From an uncultured Gammaproteobacteria bacterium (lineage in GTDB: Bacteria > Patescibacteriota > Patescibacteriia > Buchananbacterales > GWA2-38-13), in the NCBI GenBank assembly GCA_964373925.1, contig CAYJWS010000003.1, forward strand, positions 1 to 43,715: DNA of 43,715 nucleotides. The letters run 5' to 3'. Positions 41,746-43,715 of the stretch are shown in pieces. A program made the translations under genes and the position numbers. The first letter of the stretch is position 1; every line of letters begins with the position of its first letter. The notes under the pieces were generated by a model that saw only the letters and a list, made by a program, of their open reading frames with translations, had not been told where the DNA came from and did no database searches.

Positions 41746-41812
41746 TATGGTGTTTTGTGGATAAAAAAATTCTTGAAGAATTGAATTTTCAGGAATCTTT
41801 TCTATTACATAG

Positions 41813-42883
41813 TTAATTTTTTTTCGCTTTATCCGCTACAATGAGTTGTCCGCAGGCGGCCGCTATATCTTCTCCCATGGTTCTTCGGGTTGTGGCAATA
41901 ACCGTATGCTTGTGGAGGTATTCTAAGAATTTTTGCGTCTGCCCATCCGGCGTTTTTTGGAACTCCGAGTCAGTAAAATTATACGGTATCAGATTTACCT
42001 TTATTTTTCCAGTGGTGGTAACGAAGTTCGCGAGCTTTTTCGCGTCTACAAGCGAGTCATTTACGCCCGCGAGCATGACATATTCGTAGGTGAGGTGATG
42101 CGATCGATTGCCGAATTTTTTTAAATAGCGCTTGGACCACTGCGCCAGCTTTGGCAAAAAATCCTCAAAAGAAGTCGGAACGATATTTTTTCTGATAACG
42201 GAATCGGCGCTGTGAAGCGACACGGCCAAGCGAACGCGCGGCCAATCTTTGTCTTGGAGAATTTTCTCCATAACAGGCAGAACCCCCACAGTGGAAACCG
42301 TGATGTGCGTCTCGCCGATAACGGCATACTTGAGAAGGGCGTGTATGGCGGATTTTACATTCTCATAGTTTGCCAGCGGCTCTCCCATGCCCATAAAAAC
42401 AATATTGGATATTTTTTGGTCAAGTCCCGGATGATCGCAGAGAAAATTCATCCAAAACCGATATTGGTCCACTATTTCATCGGATGTCATATTGCGCGTA
42501 AATCCCATTTTTCCGGTAGCGCAAAACCCGCACCGCATGGCGCATCCAACCTGCGACGATACGCATATCGTCCAGTTGTTTTTTCTATTTAACATGAGCA
42601 CCGTTTCTATTTTTTTTCCGTCAAAAAGCTCAAGAAGCGCCTTATAGGTATCCTTCTTTTTGCTTTCTAAAATTTTAGAGGTAGTATAGGAAACCCATGG
42701 GATATCTTGAGAGAGTACGTCTCGCATTTCCTTTGAAAACATAGTAGCATCGTCCCAGCCCGTCCATCCGCGCGTAAATTGCGCCGCGTGCATCTGGTCA
42801 AGGCGGTATCGCGGGGCTTGGGGGAAAAGTTTTCTAAATATTTGTGATCGCAGTTCGTATTCCATAACTATCAAAGCTATCAT
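41813..42883 (-). CDS. rlmN: 23S rRNA/tRNA (adenine-C2)-methyltransferase RlmN (radical SAM)
   Basis: CAMRCGFCATG (CxxxCxxC), GMGEPLANYENV, VSTVG, LAVSLHS, VNLIPYN and C-terminal AACGQL. An alternative start is the ATG at 42865. Confidence 0.9.
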   Translation of the reverse strand: MIALIVMEYELRSQIFRKLFPQAPRYRLDQMHAAQFTRGWTGWDDATMFSKEMRDVLSQDIPWVSYTTSKILESKKKDTYKALLELFDGKKIETVLMLNRKNNWTICVSSQVGCAMRCGFCATGKMGFTRNMTSDEIVDQYRFWMNFLCDHPGLDQKISNIVFMGMGEPLANYENVKSAIHALLKYAVIGETHITVSTVGVLPVMEKILQDKDWPRVRLAVSLHSADSVIRKNIVPTSFEDFLPKLAQWSKRYLKKFGNRSHHLTYEYVMLAGVNDSLVDAKKLANFVTTTGKIKVNLIPYNFTDSEFQKTPDGQTQKFLEYLHKHTVIATTRRTMGEDIAAACGQLIVADKAKKN

Positions 42884-42965
42884 ATAATCTAAGAAAAGTC
42901 AATTTCTTTTTTTCATAAAATTATATTACAATTCTTTATATAGCCTAATTCATGGAGAAATTATT

Positions 42966-43517
42966 ATGCCCCTGTCTCACATAAAGGATGAAGTCGTTTT
43001 TGACGGAAAATATACACAGATGATTTTGCGCCATGTAAAAGCCAAGTCCGGCAAGCCCATTGTTTGGGAGATGGTAAAACGAAAAACGCATGGCAGGATA
43101 GTTGCGATAGTTCCCGTGACTCCAAAAAAGGAAGTAGTTTTGGTAAAAATATACCGCGTTCCGATACAGTCGTATGTTATTGAAGCATGCGCGGGCCTTA
43201 TGGATGTGCGAGGAGAAAGTGAAGAAGAAGCGGCTCGGCGCGAGATGCTTGAGGAGACTGGGTTTCAGTCGGAACATATCGTGCGAGTAGTATGCGGTTT
43301 TTTTAATAGCGGCCTTCTTGCCGATGAGATAGTGTATTTTATTGCTCCAGACGCTCAAAAGGTTTCAGAGCCTGTGCTGGAAGATGCCGAGGATTTGGAG
43401 GTAGTGCGCATACCACTTGAGAAACTAGAAAGTTTTTTAGAGCATATGCCGGATAACGTAAAGGTAGATGTAAAGCTTTTTGGCATATTGTATTTTTTAG
43501 AAAAAATGTTTCGCTAA
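42966..43517 (+). CDS. NUDIX hydrolase (ADP-ribose pyrophosphatase-like)
   Basis: Nudix box GLMDVRGESEEEAARREMLEETGF (G-x5-E-x7-REUxEExGU). 183 aa. Confidence 0.88.
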   Translation: MPLSHIKDEVVFDGKYTQMILRHVKAKSGKPIVWEMVKRKTHGRIVAIVPVTPKKEVVLVKIYRVPIQSYVIEACAGLMDVRGESEEEAARREMLEETGFQSEHIVRVVCGFFNSGLLADEIVYFIAPDAQKVSEPVLEDAEDLEVVRIPLEKLESFLEHMPDNVKVDVKLFGILYFLEKMFR

Positions 43518-43543
43518 TAAAAAAAATCAGACTGCCCGACAGC

Positions 43544-43666
43544 TGTCATTCTGAACCCATGGTGAAGAATCTCAAGAATTCATTTCGTTAGAATACTAGA
43601 TTCTTCGACCATTCAATATCTTCAGGTCGCCTTGAGCTTATCGAAAGGCGGCGGCCTCAGAATGGG
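43544..43666. repeat. Composite palindromic repeat, copy G (divergent member; shares the GCCTTGAGC core with copy B)
   Basis: Outer tgtcattctga / ctcagaatggg. Inner perfect 9-bp hairpin arms gaagaatct (43564-43572) and agattcttc (43598-43606). Hairpin cgcctt...aaggcg. Confidence 0.7.
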
Positions 43667-43715
43667 TATAAAGGTAGGTAACTTGTTGCTAATTAGTTAT
43701 TATTTTTGAAATAAA

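Noticed and set aside
41756-41764. Perfect DnaA box TGTGGATAA between the DUF1761 gene and rlmN.
   Set aside because: It is a single isolated 9-mer 40 kb from dnaA with no clustering, which is consistent with chance occurrence.
15544-43666. Possibility that the recurring palindromes are a CRISPR array.
   Set aside because: The copies are tens of kb apart, not regularly spaced, occur in both orientations and vary in length. No cas genes are present.
1-43715. Alternative genetic code (UGA recoding as in some CPR lineages).
   Set aside because: All conserved genes (dnaA, dnaN, PBP, ruvC, yebC, galU, rlmN) are full-length under the standard code, and several end in TGA. The only suspicious in-frame stop is one TAG at 38121.

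Overview
This 43.7-kb window is chromosomal and starts at the replication-origin gene pair dnaA-dnaN. The genome is low-GC and tightly packed, with many 1-17 nt gaps or overlaps between genes, and uses the standard genetic code. Gene content suggests a Patescibacteria/CPR-type bacterium; this is inference only. Reading left to right: (1) dnaA, dnaN and a class A PBP. (2) A minus-strand sugar block: ROK glucokinase, GalT, an unassigned (alpha/alpha)6-hydrolase-like protein, an APH-fold kinase and three GT4 glycosyltransferases, followed by ruvC and yebC. (3) An 11-kb, nine-gene plus-strand envelope-glycosylation operon with three GT2 polyprenol-phosphate-sugar synthase-like enzymes, two SAM methyltransferases, three large polytopic GT-C-like membrane proteins and an HTTM + DCC-thiol-oxidoreductase fusion. 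It converges on a DUF2079 membrane protein. (4) The most striking feature: nine paralogous small VirB2/TrbC-like (T4SS-pilin-type) membrane proteins at 29.1-34.3 kb. An orphan solute-binding protein and galU precede them, and no secretion ATPase or channel gene occurs anywhere in the window. (5) A repeat-rich, gene-poor stretch holding a GIY-YIG nuclease gene and a tRNA-Ser(CGA) whose 3' end is duplicated 78 nt downstream. (6) Housekeeping and miscellaneous genes: an ORF split by one in-frame TAG, a HI0933-type flavoprotein, an internally duplicated MazG-like protein, DUF1761, rlmN and a NUDIX hydrolase. A family of about 100-nt composite palindromic repeats is scattered through the intergenic regions. 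No CRISPR array, rRNA, transposase or integrase gene was seen. All functional calls rest on motif recognition by eye; no database search was run.
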